Source: Gemmatimonadales bacterium
Lineage (GTDB): Bacteria > Gemmatimonadota > Gemmatimonadetes > Gemmatimonadales > GWC2-71-9
Assembly: GCA_041615815.1 (NCBI GenBank)
Contig: JBFJCP010000016.1
Coordinates: 1 to 64,000, forward strand
Reading direction: 5' to 3'
Length of the DNA stretch: 64,000 nucleotides
Part shown: positions 50,975 through 60,751 of the stretch, piece after piece
Layout: every line of letters begins with the position of its first letter
Position numbering within the stretch: position 1 is the first letter of the stretch
The notes under the pieces: model-generated
Told to the model about the DNA's origin: nothing
Seen by the model: the letters and a program-made list of their open reading frames with translations, nothing else
Databases searched by the model: none
Program-made: the position numbers and the translations under genes

Positions 50975-51222
50975 AAAAGGACGCCTTCGTCGAGTACTTC
51001 GAACGGATGGCGATGGAGTACCCCGGGAAGCGAGTTCGTTTCAAGCGGGCGATCGCTGAGGGGCACCACGTCGTACTACATTGCCACCAAAAGTGGCCGA
51101 GCGACAGGGACTGGGCTGGCATTGACATATTCCGCCTCGATGACAATGGAAAGATCGTTGAGCATTGGGATGTGCTTCAGGTGATTCCGGAAAGGTCGGC
51201 AAACGAGAACACGATGTTCTGA
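50975..51222 (+). pseudogene. 5'-truncated SnoaL/NTF2-like gene
   Basis: [11 protein letters not shown]...RAIAEG...[21 protein letters not shown] is the C-terminal part only; no start or N-terminal helix. Confidence 0.7.
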
Positions 51223-51419
51223 TTACAGGACCCTGGCGCATAGCGGAGTCCGTTCATGCGGCGTTCGACCCGCACCGCCTCTCAGCCATCGCGGACGGCA
51301 TAGCGGGCCCACATCGCACCGCTGTACCTTGCAGATGAATGGGGCGTGAAGCTGATTTGCAGAACCGGTAGATAGCAATTCGTCCTTGTTTAATGCGTGT
51401 CGCCAATCTGGAGCCATAC

Positions 51420-51764
51420 ATGTCAGCGCCGATCGTTTTTCTCGACATCGCCGGACCCGACCAAGTGTCACTCCAGACCTTCTATTCGACCCTCTTCGGG
51501 TGGGACGCGGGAGGGGCGGACTTTACGATTCCCGTTGGTACGCCACTCTCCGCCGCGATTCGCGAGGACCCGGCGGAGAAGCGCCTGTACATCGGTGTTG
51601 ACAACATCACGGCCAAGCTCAAGGAGGTGCAGGCTCTCGGCGGATCCGTCGATGCACCGCGCTTCGAAGTCCCCGGGGTTGTCATTCTCGGGCTGTTCAA
51701 AGACCCGGCAGGCAACCCGATGGGCCTGGTCGAGATGGAGGACGGCGCTCCCAAGGTTCCGTAA
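51420..51764 (+). CDS. VOC/glyoxalase family protein
   Basis: FLDIAG...FYSTLFGW...FKDPAGNPMGL. Confidence 0.88.
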   Translation: MSAPIVFLDIAGPDQVSLQTFYSTLFGWDAGGADFTIPVGTPLSAAIREDPAEKRLYIGVDNITAKLKEVQALGGSVDAPRFEVPGVVILGLFKDPAGNPMGLVEMEDGAPKVP

Positions 51765-51837
51765 GAACGACGAAGCAGACGCAGCCCCGCGACTTAATGT
51801 GACGTAGAGGCCCTCGCACTTCTTGGAGATGGATCTG

Positions 51838-53085
51838 ATGCGCGTAGGCGTCGTCGGAGGATCGATCGCAGGCTGCTCAGCAGCGATCGAGCTGAGTCGA
51901 GCGGGACACGAGGTGACGGTGCTGGAGCGTTCGCGAGGCGGCTTGACAGGACGTGGCGCTGGAATCGGGACGCCGATAGAGACGCTGCAGACCCTGGTAG
52001 CTCGCGACCTCATCAGTGAGGCTACGCCGCGGTTTGTGGTTTCAGACCATCCCCTGGTTGGCCGGAAAGATGAGAGCGACCGCTACGGACATCGCGCCCT
52101 GACCCTGTCACTGAACATGGCCCTCCTCAACTGGGGCGACCTATGGGGCCAACTCAGGGCACGAGTGCCTAGTGCGGCCTATGTCGAGGGACGAACGATC
52201 ACGGGGGCAAAGCAGGCAGACCGAGAGGTTGTGGTCTCGGCAGCGGATGGCTGGAGCGAAACGTACGACCTTGTGTTGTTCGCCGATGGGTACCGGTCTA
52301 TCGGCCGCCGCACGCTCTTCCCCGACGCCGGGCTGTCGTATAGGGGCTACGTTCTTTGGCGTGGCGTACTAGAAGAGCGCCGGCTCTCCGAGACTTGGCC
52401 GCTTGAGACAGCACTGTATCGGCTGCACTACAAGGGGCTTGCAGGCAACGCGGTGTTCTATTTCGTGCCCGGAAAAGACGAATCCACGGATGTGGGAGAG
52501 CGGTTCGTCAACTGGGCGTGCTACCTCCCGGTGGCTGCGGAGGCCCTACCCGACCTTCTGGTTGACAAGAACGGACAGCGGCAAGAACACTCCTTGCCAC
52601 CGGGCTCGATGCGCATTGCTGAGGAGGAGCGACTCAAAGAGATGATGAGCCACCACCTCCCGTCCTACTTCAGCGAGATCATCACTGATTCCCACGACAC
52701 GTTCGTGCAGCCGATTTTCTCTGGAACGGTCCCCGCGTACGCCCGTGGACACATGGCTCTTCTGGGAGATGCCGGTGCTGTCGCCCCGCCCTTCACCGGG
52801 AGCGGTGTCTTCAAGGCGATGATGAATGCCGTGGGGCTCGCAATGGCACTTGCCGAACGGAGCTCAGTGGATCACGTACTGGAGTCCTGGAGTGCTGAAC
52901 AAACCGAGCGGGGAAAGCGTTTAGCCGCGCTCGGGGCTCAGATGGAGACCGCTTTTGTATGGAAAGCACCCGACTTTTCTCAGATGACGGAATCCGAGGC
53001 GCGCGCCTGGTGGACGCGGTCAATAGCCTTCCCTGATGAGTTCACCTACGTGACCGAGCGCGAGGGACGCTCGCCGGCCTCCTAA
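51838..53085 (+). CDS. FAD-dependent monooxygenase (2,6-dihydroxypyridine hydroxylase-like)
   Basis: VGGSIAG, ADGYRS, YRGYVLWRG, LLGDA; stop lies in the attC inverse core. Confidence 0.88.
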   Translation: MRVGVVGGSIAGCSAAIELSRAGHEVTVLERSRGGLTGRGAGIGTPIETLQTLVARDLISEATPRFVVSDHPLVGRKDESDRYGHRALTLSLNMALLNWGDLWGQLRARVPSAAYVEGRTITGAKQADREVVVSAADGWSETYDLVLFADGYRSIGRRTLFPDAGLSYRGYVLWRGVLEERRLSETWPLETALYRLHYKGLAGNAVFYFVPGKDESTDVGERFVNWACYLPVAAEALPDLLVDKNGQRQEHSLPPGSMRIAEEERLKEMMSHHLPSYFSEIITDSHDTFVQPIFSGTVPAYARGHMALLGDAGAVAPPFTGSGVFKAMMNAVGLAMALAERSSVDHVLESWSAEQTERGKRLAALGAQMETAFVWKAPDFSQMTESEARAWWTRSIAFPDEFTYVTEREGRSPAS

Positions 53086-53223
53086 CAAGCGGTTGCACTT
53101 GAGAGGAGCGCGCGTTTTCAAACGAAGCGTTGATCTGTAAGTTCCCAACCTGCGGAGTTACGGTTAGCTGACGGCCCGCTCTTACGGCGAGTCGCCTGCA
53201 ACTGTAGCGCAGAACCGCCAGGC
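53080..53223 (+). mobile_element. attC site (144 bp) with mutated core
   Basis: TCCTAACAAGCG...CGAGTCGCCTGCAACTGTAGCGCAGAACC-GCCAGGC (GTT changed to GCC); same length and ends as the 49190 site. Confidence 0.75.
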
Positions 53224-53278
53224 AGCAGGTCCCCTTCTTTCGCGTACCCCACCGCGGGTCAAAATGAGGAAGCGACAA

Positions 53279-53641
53279 GTGACTGTTCCTGAACACACCG
53301 TGTACTACCTCGAGATCGTGACAACCGACCCCCAGGCCGTCTCGGATCTCTACAGCGAGGCGTACGGCTGGCGATTTCAGCCTATGGGACCCGAGTTGGG
53401 GCATTCGTTCGTGGCACCATTACCCGACGGCTCGCGGTGTGGCATTCGCGCCCCGTTGCACGATCAGGAGAGACCGATTGTGCGCAGCTACCTCCGAGTG
53501 ATTGATATCGAGGGCGCTGTCCAGCGGGCGGCACAGCTAGGCGCCAAGATCGCTCTGGAGCCTGTAGAAATCCCCGGTCAAGGAAAGATTGCCATCTATC
53601 TGTACGGTGGAATCGAGCAGGGGCTCTGGCAGGTGCCATGA
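53279..53641 (+). CDS. VOC/glyoxalase family protein (cassette gene)
   Basis: YYLEIVT...GIRAPLH...YLRVIDI...GLWQ. Confidence 0.85.
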   Translation: MTVPEHTVYYLEIVTTDPQAVSDLYSEAYGWRFQPMGPELGHSFVAPLPDGSRCGIRAPLHDQERPIVRSYLRVIDIEGAVQRAAQLGAKIALEPVEIPGQGKIAIYLYGGIEQGLWQVP

Positions 53642-53650
53642 ACTTCTGCC

Positions 53651-53715
53651 GCCAAATACGCGGCTGCACTGGCCGGTCCGCTTGGCGGCCCCAGGTGAGG
53701 CACGAGACGCTACAT
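53651..53715 (+). mobile_element. Degenerate short attC
   Basis: GCCAAAT-ACGCGGCTGCACTG...CAGGTGAGGC...GCTACAT; both cores carry two changes. Confidence 0.5.
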
Positions 53716-53848
53716 CATTCCACGATCACACCGAAGCGCCAGTTGATCTAAGATCGAGCTCATGGAATTCCCGGCCGTTTTGGTAACACCGCGCATGGAT
53801 ATCCGGACCTGCCGACCGATCTGATACACCCCATGCAACGGCGCGCCG

Positions 53849-55498
53849 TCACCTGTCTTCGAGCATTCGCTCGATCTCGTCATCTCGTCCCGTCAACTCC
53901 CAGCGCACGAGCGAGATCGGGATCACCCCGGCACCGGTAAACTCATCCATGAACCGCTTCAGGGTAAACTCGTCGCCTAGTTGGATGGCCCGCTCGGCCA
54001 TGAGCTGCTCGATGAGCACCTTCCCGGTCACGTAGCTGGTACCGTAGCCCGGCTGTTGGAGGTAGAGGTGCTGCTCGCCGATCACGGTGTTGCCGTCGGC
54101 GGGGAGCCAGCCACGGGGCGTCCATTCAGACGCGAACTCGGACGCCTGTGCCACGGTCCACTCGTTGGCGTGGAGCATGAGGCCGCCGATGGCGCGGGCC
54201 GCCCGCTGCGCCAGCAAGATGTAGATCAGCTCCCGCACGCGAGGGCGCCCCTCGAACAACCCCGCATGCATCATCATCTCTTCCATGCCCGTGGCCAGGC
54301 CCTCCGAGCGGGCATCGTAGATGTTGGAGAGCGACGGCACGCTCCGGATCGGGCTTGGGTGTGGCTCGGCCACCATCCGCGCCAGCTCGATCCAGTGGTA
54401 GCCATGGGTCCGCATCGTCATGGCGTCGCGGTAGCTCACTTCCGAAAAGAAACCGCGCAGGCCTTCGGCGGGCGTAAATTGGCCGATCCGCGCCCTGAGC
54501 GCGGGAGCCATGTAGTCTTTCACCGTCACGATCTCCTCGCGCTCCAGGAACGCCACGAACTCATCCACCGCGGCGTTGAAGACCCGATCGTATTCTTCGG
54601 CGCTCGCGACGCGGGACAATTGGGGCAACCGTCGATTGCGATGCTCCTCGAGCCGCAGAGACGCATGCGCCCGCGCGAGCTCGCGATACATGATCGTGAG
54701 CTGTTCCTCCCAGCTATACGGCACCAGGTGGACGTTCCGGAGATACCAGGTGTAGTTGTCCCTCCCCACGCCGGAGGGCCCGGTCTTGGATGGCAGTTGC
54801 CGCTCGAGCCATAGGCGAAACTCGTCCGTGGCGACCCGCGCACGTTCGATCGCGGCATCCAGCTCGGCGCTGGTGCCCGACACCCGATTCGCAAAGGCCT
54901 GGAGATCCCCGCTCTGCCCTGCCATGTTCCGGATGCCGCCCCGCCACAGATCCGCTGCATCCTCGACCAAGTTTTCCCGTGCTTGCTCGAGCACTGCGGG
55001 GATGGCTCCGATTCGCTGGGCCAGCGCCGCCGCATCGCTCGGTGACAGCGGGTAATCGTAGAGCCAGAGATCGATCCAGCCGTGAATGACCGGGCCTTCG
55101 TGCGCCGGCACGTCACTCTGGTCCTCGAAGATCATCGTGTAGAAGGCGGGATTGCGTGCCCAGGGTCTGCGGAGGCGGTGATCGAAATCGAGACCGTTCA
55201 TTTCGGCACGCACGAGGTGATGGTCGATCTGTTGTGCTACCGGCCAGGCGCTCGGATCGATGGCGGCGAGGCGCCGCCGGTACGCCGCGAGCTCGCGGGC
55301 CTGTGCGGCCATCCCATCTCGGGTGTAGTCCGGCACGCCGTCCACGAACTCGGGGCGCTCGAACTCGCGCCATTCTTCGAACAACGCCACGAGGTCGTCG
55401 TAGCTCGTGCTTTGGACCGGCTGGTCGGAGCTGCATCCAACGGCGAGGAGGGCTGCAGTGAGAAGGACGAGGCCTCGAGGGAAGCAAAACGGGAACAT
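53849..55498 (-). CDS. DUF885-like lipoprotein (metallopeptidase fold)
   Basis: Lipobox AVGC; THGYH, RSEGLATGMEE, QPGYGTSY. Confidence 0.8.
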   Translation of the reverse strand: MFPFCFPRGLVLLTAALLAVGCSSDQPVQSTSYDDLVALFEEWREFERPEFVDGVPDYTRDGMAAQARELAAYRRRLAAIDPSAWPVAQQIDHHLVRAEMNGLDFDHRLRRPWARNPAFYTMIFEDQSDVPAHEGPVIHGWIDLWLYDYPLSPSDAAALAQRIGAIPAVLEQARENLVEDAADLWRGGIRNMAGQSGDLQAFANRVSGTSAELDAAIERARVATDEFRLWLERQLPSKTGPSGVGRDNYTWYLRNVHLVPYSWEEQLTIMYRELARAHASLRLEEHRNRRLPQLSRVASAEEYDRVFNAAVDEFVAFLEREEIVTVKDYMAPALRARIGQFTPAEGLRGFFSEVSYRDAMTMRTHGYHWIELARMVAEPHPSPIRSVPSLSNIYDARSEGLATGMEEMMMHAGLFEGRPRVRELIYILLAQRAARAIGGLMLHANEWTVAQASEFASEWTPRGWLPADGNTVIGEQHLYLQQPGYGTSYVTGKVLIEQLMAERAIQLGDEFTLKRFMDEFTGAGVIPISLVRWELTGRDDEIERMLEDR

Positions 55499-55760
55499 GG
55501 CGTGGGACTCCGAGATCGAGGGAGGGGGAGGACCTAATCGTCGCATTCATACGCGCCGGCTGTCAAACGGTAACCATGCCTGGGGGTGGTATCTCGCCAG
55601 CTCTCCTGGTGGCATTTCGAGATGCACTGCTCTGCGTGTTGCATTGCTGCAACTCTTGTCATCATATGTTCGGCTCAACACGTTCGCAAAACACAGAGGC
55701 GACACAGCCCTAGGAATGTCCTCGTCGCGGCTGGACCCACCGAACTCGAGGGAGAGAAAC

Positions 55761-56390
55761 ATGAAGAGAGGAACCGCATGGATCGCCACAGGCCTCGCCG
55801 CGGGCCTCGCCATGGGATGCGCCGAGACGCCAACCGCGCTGGATCAGGACCAAGAGCTCCCCGAGGTCGCGTTTTCCCACAGAGGCCGCGGAGGCTCCTC
55901 GATCGACCAATCGCAGCCCCTCGCGGACGCGGGCGCAACGTTCACGATCGCGGTCGGTGGAAACTCCAATCAGCTCGTGGCCCAGCTCTTCACCTCTGGC
56001 GTTACCGGAAAAATGCGCGAGCTCGAGGTACCGGTGGCGTGCGCTGACGGCATGCTGGTGGCTGAGATTCGTGATGTCGTTGCGGGGCTGCCTGGGACTA
56101 TGGTCATTCGGAGCGAGACATTCGATCCCTCGGACTTGACCACATTCATTCCGGGCGTGGCCACGTTCAGCGTGCTGCCATTCAGGCCGTCGCCCGACCT
56201 CGTGGCGGGGACGCAGTACGCCATGGTGTTCGACAATCCCACCGGATCGTGCGGCATGCTGCCCGGTCCGCTTGGGGATCCGTACGCCGGTGGAGACGGA
56301 TATGCGTTCGACGATGTGAACGGTCAGTGGGTTCCCATCGAACTGGGCACGGGACGTTTTGATATCCCGTTCTACACGTACATGCGGTGA
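55761..56390 (+). CDS. Hypothetical lipoprotein
   Basis: GGAGAG RBS; lipobox AMGC; AQLFT...YAGG. Confidence 0.7.
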   Translation: MKRGTAWIATGLAAGLAMGCAETPTALDQDQELPEVAFSHRGRGGSSIDQSQPLADAGATFTIAVGGNSNQLVAQLFTSGVTGKMRELEVPVACADGMLVAEIRDVVAGLPGTMVIRSETFDPSDLTTFIPGVATFSVLPFRPSPDLVAGTQYAMVFDNPTGSCGMLPGPLGDPYAGGDGYAFDDVNGQWVPIELGTGRFDIPFYTYMR

Positions 56391-56601
56391 GGTGTCCGCC
56401 ACGTAACGGTGTCCGGCTGTTGGAACCCCCAATTGGCAACTGACGGTAGCGGCCTGGGTGAGTTCAAACGCGAGTGCTGGAGGATCACGATGAACCACCC
56501 CATCCCGTGTGCTGCCGTCCCGGCCATCGCGCGACCCCGTGGCGCGAATGCCGCACGCGATGACCCTGGCTGGCGAGAGCTACCGACGCTGAGACACCCC
56601 C

Positions 56602-58869
56602 TCAACCAACGCCGACCCGCTCGACGATCCGGTGGAAACGCGAATCCGTTCTCAAGAAATCGAAACCTGGATCGTGCGCCAGCATCAGCAGCCAGAAGTC
56701 GCGCTCCGCGAGGGAGCGCTCGAGCCAGGCAAAGGTGGCGTCCAGATCGCGAAGCCCGTAATGCACAGTGGCGATCGCGAACGGTGGCACGTACTCACCT
56801 CTCGCTCTGTCTTGGAGCTCGGCGAGGACGGCGCGCGCTTCCGACTCCTGTCCGATACGGGCCAACAACCCACCGAGGTTGGCGAGCGGCCAGAAATGGC
56901 GGTTCGAGAGCTCGACGGCGGTCTGAATCCCCTCGAACGCCTCCTTCACCCGTTTTTGTTGAAGCTGCGCGAGCGCCATCCATCGGTGCGCCTCGCTGTA
57001 CCCGGGTGACAGCTCGATGATGGTGCGGCAATGCGCGATGGCCTCGTCGAAGCGGCGGGCGAGGTAGCTGGTGACGGCAAGGTTGCTTTGGGCCCACATC
57101 GAGAGTGGGTCGATCTCCACGGCGGCCCGGACGCGGCCGATTGCTTGGTCGAACAGGCCGAGCGCCCCGAAATAATAGCCGTAGCACGACTGGGCGATCG
57201 GATCGCTCGGTTTGAGTTCGACCGCCCGGTTTAGCTGCTGCAGGGTGTCCTCTGGATTCCAATCGTACCACAGGCTCACGTTCGCGAGGACGGTGTGGGC
57301 CTCGGCGAGCGTTGGATCGAGCGCCAGCGCCCGGCGGGCCGCGTTCCGCGCCTCCGGTCCGCCCTCCCGAGGTGGGACGGCCGCGTACAGGGTCAGGAGG
57401 AAGTGCGCCTCGGCGACCCCAGCGTGCGCCAGGGCGAACTCGGAGTCTTTCTCGAGCGCGCGACGGTAGTACTCCATCGCCTTCCACATTCCCTCGAGCC
57501 GCTGGTTGAGGAAGTAGCGGCCCTTGAGATACAACTCGTATGCGTCGACGGACGTCGTCGTTCGATGCGGTTTAGTAGTGATCGGATGTAACCAATCGGC
57601 GAGCGCGCTCGTGAGCGCATTGGCAATCGCGGAAGCGATCTCGTCCTGGATCGCGAAGACATCCTGCAGCTCGCGGTCGTATTCATCGGACCAGAGTTGG
57701 TAACCGTCCGAGGCGTTCAGGAGGCGGGCGGCGATCCGCACTCGTCTTCCCACGCGGCGCACGCTCCCTTCCAGAACGGTGTCCACGTTGAGCCGCCGTC
57801 CGATCTCCCGCACGTCGACCTGCTGCCCCTTGAACGCGAACGACGAGGTCCGTGCGGCTACGCGGAGCGAGCGCACCTGGGCCAACCGATTCAGGATCTC
57901 CTCCGTCACCCCATCCGAGAAGAACTCGCTCCCGGATTCTTCGCTCATGTTTGCGAAGGCGAGGACCGCCACCGATGGTGTCGCGGCAGTCACGACGACC
58001 TCTCCCAAACCCGCCGTCAGGAGCGCCGCCCCGCTCAGGGCGTGCAACACCTCCTCGGCCGATTGGGGTCGGTCATTCGGCTCCTTGGCCAGACAGCGCA
58101 TCACGAGGTCGGTGAGCGCAGCAGGGAGGTCCGCGCGCCGCGCCGTGATTGGCGTCGGTTCCTCGACCACCTGGGCCGCCACGACTGCCTGCGCTGATGG
58201 GCCGTGGAACGGCGGCTCCTCGACGAACATCTCGTAGGCCATGCAGCCGAACGAGTACAGATCGGCCCGGTGATCGAGGATCGGATCGCCGGTGACCTGC
58301 TCGGGTGCCATATAGGCCGGGGTGCCGATAGAGAATCCCGGGCTCGTGAGGTCCGTGGCTGTTTCATCGCGGGCGCTGGCAAGTGCTTTCGCGAGTCCAA
58401 AATCGGTCACCGTGGCGCTGTTCCCGGTCAGCAGGACGTTGTGAGGCTTGATGTCGCGGTGGATCACGCCTCGTCCGTGGGCGTACGCAAGGGCGCGCGC
58501 CACGTCTCGCAGGATCCCCACGGCCACGGCCGCGGGAAGGGCGCCCTGGCGGGCGAGCCGATCCGCCAGCGACTCTCCGTCGACCAGCGGCATCGTGTAG
58601 TACGGCAACCCCCCGGACTCGCCGGCCGCGAATACCGGCACGATCTGCGGGTGTTGGAGACTCGCGGTGATCGTGATCTCCCGACGGAAGCGCTCGATGT
58701 TCACACCCTCTCCCAGCTCTGGAGCCAGGAGTTTGATGGCGATCCGGCGGTCGAGCGCAACGTCCAACGCCACGAAGAGGCGCGACATCCCGCCGCCCCG
58801 GAGCTCGCGCTCCACGACGAAGCCCTCACCCAGCGACTCCTGAAGGCGCTCCTTGAGCGTGTCGGTCAT
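56602..58869 (-). CDS. Ser/Thr kinase with TolB-N-like domain and TPR repeats
   Basis: GGGMS, HRDIKPHN, DFG, YMAPEQ; SVAVLAFANMS, RTSSFAFKG; TPR helices. Alternative ATG at 58896. Confidence 0.93.
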   Translation of the reverse strand: MTDTLKERLQESLGEGFVVERELRGGGMSRLFVALDVALDRRIAIKLLAPELGEGVNIERFRREITITASLQHPQIVPVFAAGESGGLPYYTMPLVDGESLADRLARQGALPAAVAVGILRDVARALAYAHGRGVIHRDIKPHNVLLTGNSATVTDFGLAKALASARDETATDLTSPGFSIGTPAYMAPEQVTGDPILDHRADLYSFGCMAYEMFVEEPPFHGPSAQAVVAAQVVEEPTPITARRADLPAALTDLVMRCLAKEPNDRPQSAEEVLHALSGAALLTAGLGEVVVTAATPSVAVLAFANMSEESGSEFFSDGVTEEILNRLAQVRSLRVAARTSSFAFKGQQVDVREIGRRLNVDTVLEGSVRRVGRRVRIAARLLNASDGYQLWSDEYDRELQDVFAIQDEIASAIANALTSALADWLHPITTKPHRTTTSVDAYELYLKGRYFLNQRLEGMWKAMEYYRRALEKDSEFALAHAGVAEAHFLLTLYAAVPPREGGPEARNAARRALALDPTLAEAHTVLANVSLWYDWNPEDTLQQLNRAVELKPSDPIAQSCYGYYFGALGLFDQAIGRVRAAVEIDPLSMWAQSNLAVTSYLARRFDEAIAHCRTIIELSPGYSEAHRWMALAQLQQKRVKEAFEGIQTAVELSNRHFWPLANLGGLLARIGQESEARAVLAELQDRARGEYVPPFAIATVHYGLRDLDATFAWLERSLAERDFWLLMLAHDPGFDFLRTDSRFHRIVERVGVG

Positions 58870-59068
58870 TCTGTTGGCCTTCGTCTTGTCGACCATTTTT
58901 GCGATATATCGGGCCGTCTCGAAACGTAGGGGCGGCGTGACCGAGCGAAGCGAGGCCAGCCGACACCCGTGATAGTGCTACTCGGTGAGGAGATAGTCGA
59001 GAGTGTGAGGCCAATCTGAAGGTGCCGGCAGGGTGCGACGACGGGATCGGTTGATCCGAGGGCTGCGC

Positions 59069-59549
59069 CTACGGGGGCGTCTGCCCGCGTCGTTTGGTCA
59101 GCAGTCGTTCGGCAAAGTCGACGCGCTCTTCGAGATCGGCCACCTGCTCGGCCTGCATCCGTACCAATTCGGCCATCTGCTCCCGATGGCGTTGCTCCAT
59201 CGACGCCACACGCTCCTCGAGGCGCGGGGTGTCGAGACCTTTGCCGAGTCGGGCCGCGCGCGCGGTACCACACCGGGATCGAGGAAGCGGCGACGAGGAT
59301 GCCCCCTATCACCGCCGCTGTGGACGCATCCTGAGGGGTCCCATCCACCCCAAACCCGATGAGCATGACACCCACCAGCGACCTGGCGGCGACCTGAGCG
59401 GCGAGCTTGGCCCGTTCACGCCACATGCGGCGTTGGCTCGTGTCGTCCGGCGCTGCGGATCCGGTCGCCACGGGATAGGCGCAGGCCGGACACGCCGCCG
59501 CGCTGCTCGAGACCTCGCGGCCGCATTCCGGACATTCGATCAGAGCCAT
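59069..59549 (-). pseudogene. Zinc-ribbon / 2-TM / coiled-coil protein gene interrupted by a frameshift
   Basis: GGAGG RBS; CPECG..CPAC; the coiled coil DLEERVDFAERLL lies in another frame after a (CG)5 run. Confidence 0.7.
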
Positions 59550-59733
59550 CTGTGCCTCCGGATGCGGGGCTCCCTGGGGCTTGGCCTCTGTACGGTCATT
59601 GGGGCACTCGAGTTTCCGAGTTCGCGATGACACGTAGGGCGTGGCCCAGCAGGCCGGGGGCGGACTCGCAACTCGGCCTGGTCTTCAACCACCCAGCGTG
59701 TTTGCTGGCTCCACCGAAAACGGGATGACGGCG

Positions 59734-60294
59734 TCACGGCGACCGACGCGGGTCTGCATCGGTCTCGAAGGTCAGGCTCCGGACGATCGTTTGCTTCCAC
59801 TCCTCCATCTGGTCTCGATGCCTCACGTGTCCGCGGTAGGCGACGACGGCGACGGTGGGGCGATCATGATCGAAGACCATCGCGGCGCACTGCGCCACGC
59901 TCTCGTCGGGCATGCACGTGAAGCCCCGCACGGTATGCCAATATCCCTGTGGCGTGGAACCATCCTCGTCCACATAGACGTGCACGTCACCCCCGGTGTT
60001 CAGCGCGGAATCGGCGGCGAGGGCGCTCAAGAACAGGTTGCCAACGGTGCGCGCCGCGTCTCGTGTCAGTCCGCCCCCCGTGGGAGGATGGAACGCAATC
60101 TTGGTGGGTGTGGCGATTTGCACCACCTCCATCAGAGGTCCCACCATGATGTTCAGCTCCATCAGGTATGCCGGGTTACGCAACCTGACGACCTGCACAG
60201 CCCCGAACGTGTCCACGCGCGCATCGAGATCGGGGGGCCGCGAGAACACGACGCCGGCGGCGTTGAAGAGTTCCGGATGCTCCAAGGGTTCCAT
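59734..60294 (-). CDS. Hypothetical protein
   Basis: 186-aa ORF with protein-like composition; no family recognised. Confidence 0.5.
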   Translation of the reverse strand: MEPLEHPELFNAAGVVFSRPPDLDARVDTFGAVQVVRLRNPAYLMELNIMVGPLMEVVQIATPTKIAFHPPTGGGLTRDAARTVGNLFLSALAADSALNTGGDVHVYVDEDGSTPQGYWHTVRGFTCMPDESVAQCAAMVFDHDRPTVAVVAYRGHVRHRDQMEEWKQTIVRSLTFETDADPRRSP

Positions 60295-60515
60295 GGGTCA
60301 GTGAGAAGCGGCGTGTAATGGGTAGGAGTAAGAGACAGCGAGAGGTACGAAGCCGGAAGGGGTACGGAGAATAGGAGCACCGATCCGTGGCCGGCGTATG
60401 TATGGTGAGCAGATCGCTCGGAAGGAGGGCTGATCGACGATGGTAACCAATGCCGAGCGCACGTGCCCGGCGTTCACCGCGTTTTGGGGACGCGGCGTAG
60501 GTTGCGGGTCGTTCA

Positions 60516-60601
60516 TGCCCGGGGCGGGATTCGAACCCGCACGGGGACTAAGCCCCAAGGGATTTTAAGTCCCTTGCGTCTGCCCATTTCGCCACCCGGG
60601 C
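60516..60601 (-). tRNA. tRNA-Leu (anticodon TAA), CCA not encoded
   Basis: GCCCGGG acceptor stem, GGGA-CTTAAAA-TCCC anticodon arm, long variable arm, GGTTCGAATCC T-loop. Confidence 0.96.
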
Positions 60602-60751
60602 CACAGCGTTCTCCTGTATCAAACTTACCTGCCTTCCACGCCGGTTGCGAAAGTCCATTGCCCCTCGTGATGCCGGGCCAACGAACGCCCTGACCGAGTT
60701 GCGCCTACCTCGCGGAGGCGTAGGTTCGAACGGAGGTCACTCCTCGACGTC

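Larger units (their letters stand above)
48340..53800 (+). mobile_element. Integron gene-cassette array lacking an integrase in this window (CALIN-like), degenerating
   Basis: Co-oriented small genes; stop codons inside CCTAAC inverse cores; two 144-bp attC sites plus eroded copies. Confidence 0.8.

Noticed and set aside
56602..58869. Kinase-TolB-TPR protein as a novel system
   Set aside because: A common architecture in this kind of genome.
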